Shown here: positions 35,398 through 44,767 of the stretch, piece after piece
Position numbering within the stretch: position 1 is the first letter of the stretch
How the letters are laid out: each line of letters begins with the position of its first letter
Assembly (NCBI GenBank): GCA_035687895.1
Contig: DASRUE010000044.1
Span: forward strand, 3,555 to 67,554
Direction: 5' to 3'
Length of the DNA: 64,000 bases
Source: Bacteroidota bacterium
GTDB taxonomy: Bacteria; Bacteroidota; Ignavibacteria; UBA10030; UBA6906
Translations under genes and position numbers: made by a program
Notes under the pieces: generated by a model
What the model was told of the DNA's origin: nothing
Seen by the model: only the letters and a program-made list of their open reading frames with translations
Databases searched by the model: none

Positions 35398-36069
35398 CTA
35401 TTCCTCTTTGATCACATAGCCAACACCCCGAACGGTGTGGATGAGTTTCTTTTCCGCGCCGCTGTCAATCTTATTGCGGAGATGGTTCACATACACGTCG
35501 ATGATGTTCGTTCCGGTGTCGAAGTTGTAGTCCCAGATGTGCTCGGAGATAAGTGTCCGGCTGAGCACACGGTCCCTATTCCGGAGAAAGTACTCAAGCA
35601 ATGCATATTCCTTGGCGGTGAGCTCGATGAGCCGTCCCGCTCGTTTGGCTTTGTGCGTGACGGTGTCTAATTCCAGGTCAGCCATCGCGAGGACAGTGGA
35701 TTTTTCCTTTCCCCCGCGACGGAGAAGGGAACGGACGCGGGCAAGAAGCTCGGCGAATGCGAATGGTTTGGTCAGGTAATCATCAGCGCCGCTATCGAGC
35801 CCTGCAACCTTATCATCCGTCGCACTTTTCGCCGTGAGCATGAGTGCGGGCGTGGTTCCCTTCCGCGCACGGAAGACCTTGATCACCTCCAGACCATTCT
35901 TCTTTGGTAGCATGACATCGAGGATGAGGAGATCGTATTGTTCGGATTCCGCCATCAACAATCCCTTCTCTCCATCATGGGCAACATCAACGGAGTAATG
36001 TTCTTCTTCCAACCCCTGCCGAATGAAGCTGGCGACTTTCTTTTCGTCTTCGACAAGGAGAATACGCAT
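35398..36069 (-). CDS. OmpR-family response regulator
   Basis: MRILLVEDE...DLLILDVMLP receiver domain and a winged-helix C-terminus (VRGVGYVI). Confidence 0.9.
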   Translation of the reverse strand: MRILLVEDEKKVASFIRQGLEEEHYSVDVAHDGEKGLLMAESEQYDLLILDVMLPKKNGLEVIKVFRARKGTTPALMLTAKSATDDKVAGLDSGADDYLTKPFAFAELLARVRSLLRRGGKEKSTVLAMADLELDTVTHKAKRAGRLIELTAKEYALLEYFLRNRDRVLSRTLISEHIWDYNFDTGTNIIDVYVNHLRNKIDSGAEKKLIHTVRGVGYVIKEE

Positions 36070-36244
36070 GTGAGGGCTCAACGCATTTGAGATAAATCCG
36101 CAGATGTTACAACTTATCACATTTCGTGCGGCGCAGAATTAACCGAAAATTAAACTATTTTAAGGCCAGTTGCAAAATCGGTGTCCTTGGATTCCTCTGG
36201 AATTTTGCCTATATTTTTGCCGAATCAATTACACATCACGCGCC

Positions 36245-37105
36245 ATGAAACCACTTCTTCTGCCTTGCATCATTGCCATGCTCATATTTTCCGGATGCAT
36301 TCAACAAATCGCCATCTCGACGGTTGGGGGGATTGTAGACGATGGCTTTGGAGCGCTGACAGAGGAACAGGATCTGGAGTTCGCTGAGAAAGCCCTTCCT
36401 GCCAACATCAAACTCCTTGAAGTGATGCTGAAGAGCGACCCGGACAACGAGGAATTGCTGACGCTGGTCAGCCAGGGCTACAGCAGTTATACCCTTGGCT
36501 TTGTGGAAGACGTTAATGAAGATCGCGCACGGCTCTTCTATCTGCGGGCGCGTGACTACGCTCTCCGGATACTCCGCAATGACGACAGGATGGCGCGGGC
36601 GCTCGATGGGTCGGTGGACGAATTGGCGGCCGAGTTGAACCGGCGCGATGCGGAGGCGGTCCCTGCAGTTTTCTGGGCTGCGTTTGCATGGGGAAGTTAC
36701 ATCAACCTCTCGCAGAATAATACGGACGCGCTCGCTGATCTTCCGCGGGCAGAAGCAATGATGAAGTTCGTTGCCCGCGTCGATTCATCGTTCTACTACG
36801 GTGGTGCGGATGTTTTCCTTGGAACGCTTGCCGGCAAAAGACCCAGGATGTTCGGCGGCGACACAGACCAGTCCAAACGACACTTCGAAAGAGCACTCCG
36901 CATCAACAAAGGGAAGTTCCTGATGACCTACGTCTACTATGCCCGGTCATATGCTGTCCAGACTCTGGATGAAGCATTATTCGAGGATTTGCTTACAAAG
37001 GTTGCACAAGCATCCCTTGACATCTTTCCCGAATTCCGGCTTGCCAACGCAATCGCCAAGAAGAAGGCACAACTGCTCCTTGCGCGAAAAGCAGACTACT
37101 TCTGA
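36245..37105 (+). CDS. TRAP transporter TatT component (TPR lipoprotein)
   Basis: It has the lipobox IFSGC and the pattern EKALPANIKLLEVMLKSDPDNEELL...GYSSYTLGFVED, typical of the TatT family. It sits immediately upstream of dctPQM-type genes. Confidence 0.7.
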   Translation: MKPLLLPCIIAMLIFSGCIQQIAISTVGGIVDDGFGALTEEQDLEFAEKALPANIKLLEVMLKSDPDNEELLTLVSQGYSSYTLGFVEDVNEDRARLFYLRARDYALRILRNDDRMARALDGSVDELAAELNRRDAEAVPAVFWAAFAWGSYINLSQNNTDALADLPRAEAMMKFVARVDSSFYYGGADVFLGTLAGKRPRMFGGDTDQSKRHFERALRINKGKFLMTYVYYARSYAVQTLDEALFEDLLTKVAQASLDIFPEFRLANAIAKKKAQLLLARKADYF

Positions 37106-37145
37106 GAGGCCGGAATACCAGCAGATTCTATAGTCCGTTGGCCGA

Positions 37146-38222
37146 ATGAACTTCCCCGGCGCTTGGGCGTTTAATAGTCACATGATCACTTTTGACGAGG
37201 AACAGGTGAGAACGACAATTGTTTGCGTGGTACTCGGAATACTGATCTTCTTTTTCGTTGAACAGGCTTCCGCCCAACACACCATCAAATTTGCAACCAT
37301 TGCGCCCGAAGGCTCGACGTGGATGAACGTGATGCGGGAGTACGATGCCGCTGTGCGCAAAGAGAGTGGCGGCCGGCTGAGCTTCAAGATGTATGCAGGC
37401 TCTGTGCAGGGAGAGGACAAGGATGTTCTTCCCAAGATTCGCCTGGGTCAGTTGCATAGCGCTGGACTGACCGGGTTTGGTCTCGGCAAGATTGCACCAA
37501 GACTGCGTATTCTTGACTCACCGTTCCTGTTTACGAGCTATGAAGAAGTGGATTATCTGTACGAGACGCTGGATAAAGAATTCCGACAGGCGCTGCTCGA
37601 CAATAATTTCGTTCTCCTCGGATGGGCAGAAGTCGGGTTCGTGTACGTCTTCACCAATACCCCGGTGCGTTCACCCGCCGACATGAAAGGTGTCAAGATG
37701 TGGATGTGGGAGGGTGACCCTGTGGCGGAAGCTACGTTCAAAGCATTTGATATCGAGCCTATCCCTCTCTCGGTGGTAGATGTGCTCACCTCACTACAGA
37801 CAGGTCTCATCAATGGAGCGTACACTGCGCCCTACGCGTGCCTTGCATTACAGTGGAACACGCGGGTCACGTACATGATGGGCGTCCCGCTGGCGGATGC
37901 TTCCGGCGCAGTTGTGATCTCCAAGGCGATGTATGACAAGCTTTCACCTGACCTGCAGGAGATACTGCTTCGTAATGGGAAGAAGTACATGCGGGACCTG
38001 ACGCTGAAAAGCCGGATAGAAAACAAGGAAGCAATCGGCACGCTGAAAAAAAACGGCATACAGATGATTGAGGTCTCTTCTCCGAAACTGTTGCAGGAGT
38101 ATCAGGCTGCAGGCATGCGCGCACGGCAATCCATGGTGGGCACCTTGTACGACAAGGCATTTCTCGACCGTGTGGAAAAGGCGCTCATTGACTTCCGCAC
38201 ACGTGGCAACGCGACGAAATGA
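37146..38222 (+). CDS. TRAP transporter substrate-binding protein (DctP family)
   Basis: HTIKFATIAPEGSTWM...GQLHSAGLTG. The start may be the ATG at 37182. Confidence 0.8.
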   Translation: MNFPGAWAFNSHMITFDEEQVRTTIVCVVLGILIFFFVEQASAQHTIKFATIAPEGSTWMNVMREYDAAVRKESGGRLSFKMYAGSVQGEDKDVLPKIRLGQLHSAGLTGFGLGKIAPRLRILDSPFLFTSYEEVDYLYETLDKEFRQALLDNNFVLLGWAEVGFVYVFTNTPVRSPADMKGVKMWMWEGDPVAEATFKAFDIEPIPLSVVDVLTSLQTGLINGAYTAPYACLALQWNTRVTYMMGVPLADASGAVVISKAMYDKLSPDLQEILLRNGKKYMRDLTLKSRIENKEAIGTLKKNGIQMIEVSSPKLLQEYQAAGMRARQSMVGTLYDKAFLDRVEKALIDFRTRGNATK

Positions 38223-38722
38223 CGTTCCTTCGCACGCTGGACCGTTTCTTCTATCGAATTGAGTTCGCCCTCCTCGTGCTGTTTCTCAGTGCGATGGTGC
38301 TGCTTTCCTTCACACAGGTATTCCTTCGCAATTTCCTCGGTACCGGGCTCGTGTGGGCAGACACCATCATTCGGCACCTCGTTATCTGGGCGGGGTTTGC
38401 CGGGGCGGCGCTGGCCACCACCGAAGAGCGTCACATCAGTATTGATGCGCTTACCAAGTTCCTCTCGCCTCGCATCAAGCACGTGGCACAATTGTTCACC
38501 GGCCTTTTTGCCACTATTACATGCGTATATCTTGGCGATGCAGCGTGGACCTACCTCAAGGATGAACTGACATCCGGCGGTGTGCTCGTGCTCGGAATTC
38601 AGACCTGGCAGGCATTGTTGATCATCCCGGTTGGCTATTTTCTTATCGCCTTCCATTTTCTTGTGAAGCTCGTCGAGAATTTGCTTGGCGTCCTCGGCAG
38701 ACAGACGGTGAAACGCGTCTGA
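38219..38722 (+). CDS. TRAP transporter small permease (DctQ family)
   Basis: It has 4 TM helices, is the expected size, and its ATGA start overlaps the substrate-binding protein gene. Confidence 0.8.
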   Translation: MTFLRTLDRFFYRIEFALLVLFLSAMVLLSFTQVFLRNFLGTGLVWADTIIRHLVIWAGFAGAALATTEERHISIDALTKFLSPRIKHVAQLFTGLFATITCVYLGDAAWTYLKDELTSGGVLVLGIQTWQALLIIPVGYFLIAFHFLVKLVENLLGVLGRQTVKRV

Positions 38723-40002
38723 TGGAAACCGTTCTCATCGGCATTGGACTTGTTCTGCTCGCATTGTTCGGGGCGCCGCTCTTTGCCATCATTGGTGCGA
38801 TCGCCATGATGAGTTTTGCGGCGGAGGGCATCGATCCCTCGGTGGTGATTGTGGAACTCTACCGCATAGGGAGCAACCCAACACTCGTTGCGATTCCTCT
38901 TTTCACTTTTGCCGGCTACGTGCTGGCTGAAAGCAAGGCGCCGACTCGGCTGGTGAACCTTGCGCGTGCATTCTTCGGATCAATACCAGGAGGGCTCGCC
39001 GTTGTCGCGCTGGTGACGTGCGCTCTTTTCACGGCATTCACAGGGGCGTCGGGTGTTACGATTGTTGCCCTGGGCGGACTCCTCTATCCCATTCTGCTCA
39101 AAGAACAATACCCGGAGCGTTTTTCGCTCGGGCTTATCACCACGTCCGGGAGCCTCGGGCTGTTGTTCCCGCCAAGCCTCCCGCTGATCCTCTATGCGCT
39201 GGTGGCAAAGATCAGTATTGATAAGCTGTTTGCGGCAGGGATCATCCCGGGAATACTCCTTGTGGTTCTCCTTGCGGGGTACGCCATCTTCCAGGGGAAA
39301 AAGCTGCGTGTGCCCAAAACCCCATTCACATGGTCGAACGTATTCACGACGATGCGTGTGGCTGCCTGGGAAATTCCGCTCCCGGTTCTGATTATCGGCG
39401 GCATCTACGGTGGCTTTTTCACTGCAACCGAGGCCGCGGCGGTGACTGCGTTCTATGTTCTGGTGGTGGAAGTGTTCATCCACAAGGACCTCAACCTCTT
39501 CAAGGATATTCCGCGGGTCATGAAGGATAGCATGCTGCTCGTCGGTGCCATCCTGATGATCATCGGGGCGGCGATGGGGTTGACAAACTACCTGGTCGAT
39601 GAAGAGGTACCGATGAAACTTTTCGAGCTGACACGAACGTTTATCTCCAGCCCTATAGCATTCCTCATTGTGTTGAACATCTTCCTCATCATTGTTGGAA
39701 TGATGATGGACATCTTCTCCGCAATCATTGTGGTGGTCCCCCTGATCCTCCCGATCGCGACGGCGTACAACATCGAGCCGGTCCATCTTGGCATTATCTT
39801 CCTCACCAACCTTGAGATCGGTTATCTCACACCTCCTGTCGGGCTCAACCTCTTCATCTCCAGTATCCGTTTTCAGAAGCCGGTCTTCACGGTTGTGCGA
39901 GGTACGCTTCCGTACATTGCCATCCTTGTCGTTGCACTCATAATGATAACTTATGTACCCAACCTAAGCCTTTGGCTCGTGAACGCCCTGAACGTCCGTT
40001 AG
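38722..40002 (+). CDS. TRAP transporter large permease (DctM family)
   Basis: 426 aa, polytopic, with a typical DctM pattern (FTGASGVTIVALG, EIGYLTPPVGLNLF). Confidence 0.85.
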   Translation: METVLIGIGLVLLALFGAPLFAIIGAIAMMSFAAEGIDPSVVIVELYRIGSNPTLVAIPLFTFAGYVLAESKAPTRLVNLARAFFGSIPGGLAVVALVTCALFTAFTGASGVTIVALGGLLYPILLKEQYPERFSLGLITTSGSLGLLFPPSLPLILYALVAKISIDKLFAAGIIPGILLVVLLAGYAIFQGKKLRVPKTPFTWSNVFTTMRVAAWEIPLPVLIIGGIYGGFFTATEAAAVTAFYVLVVEVFIHKDLNLFKDIPRVMKDSMLLVGAILMIIGAAMGLTNYLVDEEVPMKLFELTRTFISSPIAFLIVLNIFLIIVGMMMDIFSAIIVVVPLILPIATAYNIEPVHLGIIFLTNLEIGYLTPPVGLNLFISSIRFQKPVFTVVRGTLPYIAILVVALIMITYVPNLSLWLVNALNVR

Positions 40003-40084
40003 GATCAGAGCAGGCCATTCGTTGGTTTGTGTTTTCGCAAAAAGATCATATATTGAATCCAGTGGCCAGTCCGGATTTTGTTCA

Positions 40085-40432
40085 ATGCTTCGAATGATAC
40101 GCTACATATCGCTTAGCTTGTTCTCCTGCGTGTATCTTGCTGTCTCGCTTGCGGGCCTGCTTGGTACCATGAACTTGCCGGCTATCTCCTCAGGACCGCA
40201 GGGGTTCGCTTCTGCCACTGCGAGCACTAAAGAGAAACCCAAAGTTGTTTGGACGCAACGTCGCCATATTCCGTTGGTCAAGACGTTTACTGTTCCAGTT
40301 GAGACCGCATGTACCATCGAGTTTCCATCTGATGTCCACCAATATTCCCTTGTTCCTCGATACACACACAGCGTTTCATATCTTTCCCTCTACTTCTCTT
40401 CTGTCGGTGATCGGGCTCCTCCCGTAGCCTAA
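40085..40432 (+). CDS. hypothetical membrane-anchored protein
   Basis: It has one N-terminal hydrophobic segment (ISLSLFSCVYLAVSLAGLL) and no recognisable domain. Confidence 0.35.
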   Translation: MLRMIRYISLSLFSCVYLAVSLAGLLGTMNLPAISSGPQGFASATASTKEKPKVVWTQRRHIPLVKTFTVPVETACTIEFPSDVHQYSLVPRYTHSVSYLSLYFSSVGDRAPPVA

Positions 40433-40655
40433 GCTCTCCACATTTATCTCCATTCTTCTACCGAGGAAGTTCCGGCTGAAGCAGTGCTGTTGTACCACTT
40501 CGGCATCGAACTTTCCGAATAGAAAACGTTCTCTAAGAACGTGACGCTCACCCTGCTATCAGTCGAATGTGGAGGTGCATTTTTTGATCATTGTGTGGGG
40601 AAAAGACAACGGGGCGTCAACGAATCCATTCTGTATTCTCAAGGAGGGTTTGATT

Positions 40656-40931
40656 ATGGCACATATTCAGAGTAAACCGGTTCATGATTCCGAGGCTCAG
40701 CACAAAAAGAACTTTCAGGCAGTCAACGCCAAAAGTCCCGCTGCAGACAGTAGTCATCGATCTCATCAAACGGAAGCAACACACGCTGACAACACATTGG
40801 CCCATCGACCTATTGAGGAGGCATCTCATGAGTTCGAGATTTTGGGATGCCCCTGGCAGTTTGTCGCGGTGATAGGAGCAATAGCTGTTGGAATACTTGG
40901 CCTTGTGCTAAAGTCGATCGGATTGTTCTAG
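40656..40931 (+). CDS. hypothetical His-rich tail-anchored membrane protein
   Basis: AAGGAGGG lies 7 nt before the ATG. There are 8 His in the first 60 aa and a single C-terminal TM helix (FVAVIGAIAVGILGLVL). Confidence 0.5.
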   Translation: MAHIQSKPVHDSEAQHKKNFQAVNAKSPAADSSHRSHQTEATHADNTLAHRPIEEASHEFEILGCPWQFVAVIGAIAVGILGLVLKSIGLF

Positions 40932-41014
40932 GCAGAAGGGAAAGCCCCTTTTGGCGGGACACCAGCCACTAGCGAAGGCCGACGTGAGTTGTTTTTTCCT
41001 TAAGAGGAACTGTC

Positions 41015-41434
41015 ATGAAAATCTCGATCATGGATGCAAGCGAATACCTTAGGGGATTACTCTTGCTTATCAGGAAGGACCGAAAAATTACTGAAGCGGA
41101 AAATCGATTGATGAAACGAATCGGCAAAACTCTAAAGTTTGAAAGAGAATTCTGTGACAACGCAATTTGTGAAATTCTTGAAAACAAACACATCCTGGAC
41201 GCACCTCCTGAATTCTCGACCGATGAATTGGCGATGAGGTTTATCAAAGACGGCTTGACTTTGGCATTCTCCGATAAGGATGTCCCAGCGTTTGAGGCTG
41301 AATGGCTGAGGTCTATCGCGGAGATAAACGGGCTTGACGAAGAATGGTTCATTCGAGAATGGGCAAACGCCTCAAATAGAAAAGACGTTCCTGTTCATTT
41401 GGAAGTGGATGATTTGTCCGTGGAATATTCCTGA
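41015..41434 (+). CDS. TerB-like (tellurite-resistance TerB/DjlA-N fold) protein
   Basis: Two helical repeats of the type GLLLLIRKDRKITEAENRLMKRI / FIKDGLTLAFSDKDVPAFEAEWLRSIA. This is pattern recall only. Confidence 0.45.
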   Translation: MKISIMDASEYLRGLLLLIRKDRKITEAENRLMKRIGKTLKFEREFCDNAICEILENKHILDAPPEFSTDELAMRFIKDGLTLAFSDKDVPAFEAEWLRSIAEINGLDEEWFIREWANASNRKDVPVHLEVDDLSVEYS

Positions 41435-41812
41435 CTTTAGTACGTTCACAATAGTTTCGGTATGGTCCTGAAAGTGGGTGCGCGAATATGGAATCCGCAT
41501 ACATGAAGTTCAAGACTTCGAGCGCCTCATGAGGCCGATGGTTCTGGAATTCGCTGTTCAAGAAAACACCCACGAATCACTATTACAGAGGGAAGAATAA
41601 TCCATAAGCACTTCCGGACTCGTATTGATGATCTTTAGTATGGTCATATATAGTCATCACATTAGTATATCTGTTTTCCAAGTTGCTGAGAAAAGAGAGG
41701 GAGAAGAAACGCGCGGAGGAGGCTCGTGACAACGGGTGAAACGGCTACGTATGTTGTTTGCGTGCTTGCGGGAATATCGCCGTCGTGACAGCAATGGAGG
41801 ATTCATTAGGAC

Positions 41813-42898
41813 ATGCCAATCCTTGATCAACAGTACTTGGGAAATACTCTACACACGTGGCTGATAGCTTGTGGAATCACGGTCGCCAGCCATCTCATTC
41901 TGAAGGCCGCTCAATGGCTCGTTGCCCATCGGCTCTCCAAGGTCACGAAAGCCACGAAGACCCAGTTGGACGATTTCGCCGTTGAGGTCATCAAGAAAAC
42001 ACGTTTCTTCTTCCTGTTCACGGTGTCGTTATACGCCGGCTTAAGCATACTTTCCCTGTCAGCAGCGACGCAGCGAACGGTGGATACCATCATCATTCTT
42101 GCGCTGCTGCTGCAGAGTGGCATGTGGGTGAGCGGGGCAATCTCGTTCTGGCTTGGTCAGACGATCAAGCAAAGGATGGAAGAGGACGCCGCCAGCGCCA
42201 CAACGCTTACCGCACTTGGATTCATCAGCAGACTGATGTTGTGGGCTGTTGTGCTGCTGGTTTCTCTAGATAACGTTGGCATCGACATTACCGCACTTGT
42301 CACCGGCCTCGGAATAGGCGGCATCGCGGTGGCATTGGCGTTGCAGAGCATACTTAGTGATCTCTTTGCCTCCCTTTCAATCGTCCTTGATAAGCCGTTT
42401 GTCATCGGTGATTTCATCATCATCGACGAGCACCTGGGAACGGTTGAATATATCGGATTGAAGACGACGCGGCTCCGCAGTCTCTCCGGTGAACAAATCG
42501 TGTTCTCCAATGGAGATCTGTTGAAGAGCAGGATCCGTAACTACAAGCGGATGTACGAACGTCGCGTCGTCTTTGCCGTTGGCATCACGTACCAGACACC
42601 GTACGAAAAGATCGCCGCCGTGAGCTCGCTTCTGCGACAGATTGTTGAGTCGCAGCCGCACGTTCGCTTCGACCGCGCACACTTCAAGGAATATGCGGAT
42701 TCATCGTTGAACTATGAGGTGGTATACTACGTTTTGAGCCCGGACTACAACACGTATATGGATGTTCAGCAGGCAATCAATTTAGAAATCTATCGTCGGT
42801 TTGAACGTGAACGGATCGATTTTGCATATCCAACACGCACAGTGTATATTCACAGACCGGGTCCCACCACGGCATCCGAGGACGGACTTGAAGGATGA
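41813..42898 (+). CDS. mechanosensitive ion channel, MscS family
   Basis: It has N-terminal TM helices and the pore-helix/beta-domain motif ALQSILSDLFASLSIVLDKPFVIGDFI. Confidence 0.85.
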   Translation: MPILDQQYLGNTLHTWLIACGITVASHLILKAAQWLVAHRLSKVTKATKTQLDDFAVEVIKKTRFFFLFTVSLYAGLSILSLSAATQRTVDTIIILALLLQSGMWVSGAISFWLGQTIKQRMEEDAASATTLTALGFISRLMLWAVVLLVSLDNVGIDITALVTGLGIGGIAVALALQSILSDLFASLSIVLDKPFVIGDFIIIDEHLGTVEYIGLKTTRLRSLSGEQIVFSNGDLLKSRIRNYKRMYERRVVFAVGITYQTPYEKIAAVSSLLRQIVESQPHVRFDRAHFKEYADSSLNYEVVYYVLSPDYNTYMDVQQAINLEIYRRFERERIDFAYPTRTVYIHRPGPTTASEDGLEG

Positions 42899-42921
42899 CG
42901 CATGCAAGGAGGAAGTAAACC

Positions 42922-43563
42922 GTGACCGCCTTTCACTTCTATACCAAGCTGGATCAAACTCTTCTCCTGGGGAAAAAAGCAAGAAATGCCCCCGGCCTGT
43001 TGGAGGGGATCAGGAGTGTCCCTGAGTCGAGCATCTACTACCACACCCACAGGTTTCTCCAGCAGCACCATTATCTCTCACCTGAACCTCCCAACGACTT
43101 TGCCTATTGGGTTACAGAGGTGTTGAGTGATGAAGTCCTGGGCGAGCAACTATCGAGCGTTGACACGATTCAATTCGAGAGCATCTCCACATTGAGGGAG
43201 AAATTCATCTTCCTGATCGAATCACATCTTGCTTCCGTGGAAAAGATAACAGACTGTTCTCACGGTGAAGAATTTCATTTCATGGCCTCACGCACGTTCG
43301 CACTGCCGACACCATATGTTGCTCAGAATCTTATCGAGTTCAGAGATGCACTTGGACGCGTAAGCGTGAATACGATATACTATCATATCTTTGACGCAAA
43401 GCTCAGATTGGAACGTGGCGAGAACGACTTCTCCAAATGGTTCGACACCAATGGGATGTCAACCCTTGCAGAGGAACTGAGGAAGTTGGATCCATACACA
43501 CACACCCTCGAAGGCTTGCGAAAACGCATCATTGTCCTGGTGAGAAAATATGATACGCATTGA
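42922..43563 (+). CDS. DUF5752-like protein (uncharacterised, trehalose-synthase associated)
   Basis: AGGAGG lies before the GTG start. The gene overlaps treT by 14 nt. The family assignment is from memory of TreT-linked hypothetical proteins and is not verified. Confidence 0.5.
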   Translation: MTAFHFYTKLDQTLLLGKKARNAPGLLEGIRSVPESSIYYHTHRFLQQHHYLSPEPPNDFAYWVTEVLSDEVLGEQLSSVDTIQFESISTLREKFIFLIESHLASVEKITDCSHGEEFHFMASRTFALPTPYVAQNLIEFRDALGRVSVNTIYYHIFDAKLRLERGENDFSKWFDTNGMSTLAEELRKLDPYTHTLEGLRKRIIVLVRKYDTH

Positions 43564-44767
43564 AGAGTACGCTGCCATTGTTGGTGAGGCCACCATTCAG
43601 GAACTTTTCCTTCTGGCCGAGCACTTGAAAGGGAAGGTCGTTCAGAACATCAATTCGACCGCAGTCGGCGGCGGCGTTGCGGAGATACTGACACGGATGA
43701 TACCGCTGCTCAAACAGCTTGGCATTGATGCGCGGTGGGATGTCATTAAAGGCAATGAGAAATTCTTTGCTATCACCAAGAAGTTTCACAATGGGCTGCA
43801 TGGCGTTCCAGTTGAGATCGCCGATGAAGAGTATGAGACGTTCTTGGAGGTGAACCGGGAGAATGCCGAACAGATGAACTTCGGCGATGTTGTTTTTGTG
43901 CATGACCCCCAGCCGATTGGGCTGATCGAGAAGCGAAAGGAATTGGGGAGGAATTGGATCTGGCGATGCCATATTGATTTCTCGAAACCAGATCCGAAGA
44001 TTTGGAAGTTTCTTGAGCAATATGTTTTCCAGTATGATTCGGCGGTGTTCTCCGCTCCATCGTTTGCACGTAAGCTTCCGATCCCGCAGGTGTTGATCTC
44101 GCCATCGATCGATCCATTGAGCGAGAAGAATAAGGAGATCCCGGAAGAAACAATTAACGCCGTCTTCGAGCGCTTTGGGATTGACCGCTCGCGACCCGTT
44201 ATTACCCAGATCTCCCGGTTCGATTATCTCAAAGACCCACTCGGTGTGATCAAGGCATACAAGATCGCAAAGAAGCGGGTGGACATGCAGTTGGTGCTTG
44301 CCGGAGGCGGTGCTACGGATGACCCGGAAGGACCAGTCATTATGCAACAGGTGAAAGAGGAAGCTGACAAAGACAAGGATATCTTTGCATTGTTCCTGCC
44401 ACCATCGAGTGATCTGGAGATTAACGCTCTCCAAAGGGGTTCCACGGTCGTTTTGCAGAAGTCCCTCAAAGAGGGATTCGGTCTTACCGTATCCGAGGCG
44501 CTGTGGAAGGGGAAGCCCACTATAGCTGGGGCTGTGGGTGGAATTCCGTTGCAGATTGCGCACAAGTATTCCGGCATCCTCACACATTCCATTGATGGGA
44601 CTGCCTACTGGATAAAGCAATTGGTAAACGAACCCGAATTCGCGCGGAAGCTTGGCGCGAACGGACGGGAACACATCAAGAACAACTTCCTGATCACGCG
44701 ACATATCAAGGACTATCTGTTGCTCTTCATCTCATTGTTTCATCAAGGCGGCATTGTCTATCTATGA
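43550..44767 (+). CDS. treT: trehalose glycosyltransferring synthase TreT-like (GT4)
   Basis: The N-terminus reads IEEYAAIVGEATIQELFLLAE...NSTAVGGGVAEILTRMIPLLKQLGIDARWDVIKGNEKFFAITKKFHNGLHG, characteristic of TreT. The C-terminal half is GT4. Confidence 0.75.
   Translation: MIRIEEYAAIVGEATIQELFLLAEHLKGKVVQNINSTAVGGGVAEILTRMIPLLKQLGIDARWDVIKGNEKFFAITKKFHNGLHGVPVEIADEEYETFLEVNRENAEQMNFGDVVFVHDPQPIGLIEKRKELGRNWIWRCHIDFSKPDPKIWKFLEQYVFQYDSAVFSAPSFARKLPIPQVLISPSIDPLSEKNKEIPEETINAVFERFGIDRSRPVITQISRFDYLKDPLGVIKAYKIAKKRVDMQLVLAGGGATDDPEGPVIMQQVKEEADKDKDIFALFLPPSSDLEINALQRGSTVVLQKSLKEGFGLTVSEALWKGKPTIAGAVGGIPLQIAHKYSGILTHSIDGTAYWIKQLVNEPEFARKLGANGREHIKNNFLITRHIKDYLLLFISLFHQGGIVYL

Noticed and set aside
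38980-39786. 268-aa ORF antisense to the DctM permease gene
   Set aside because: Its product is highly charged and His/Arg/Asp-rich, which is implausible for a real protein. The sense frame is a clean polytopic permease.
41349-41573. 74-aa minus-strand ORF overlapping the TerB-like gene end
   Set aside because: It overlaps a better-supported gene, has no motif or RBS, and is probably spurious. The region is discussed as a spacer with remnants instead.
43529-44704. 391-aa ORF antisense to treT
   Set aside because: It exactly shadows a gene whose sense frame carries strong TreT/GT4 motifs. The antisense product has no recognisable motif, is rich in Leu/Arg/Ser as shadow frames usually are, and has no RBS context.
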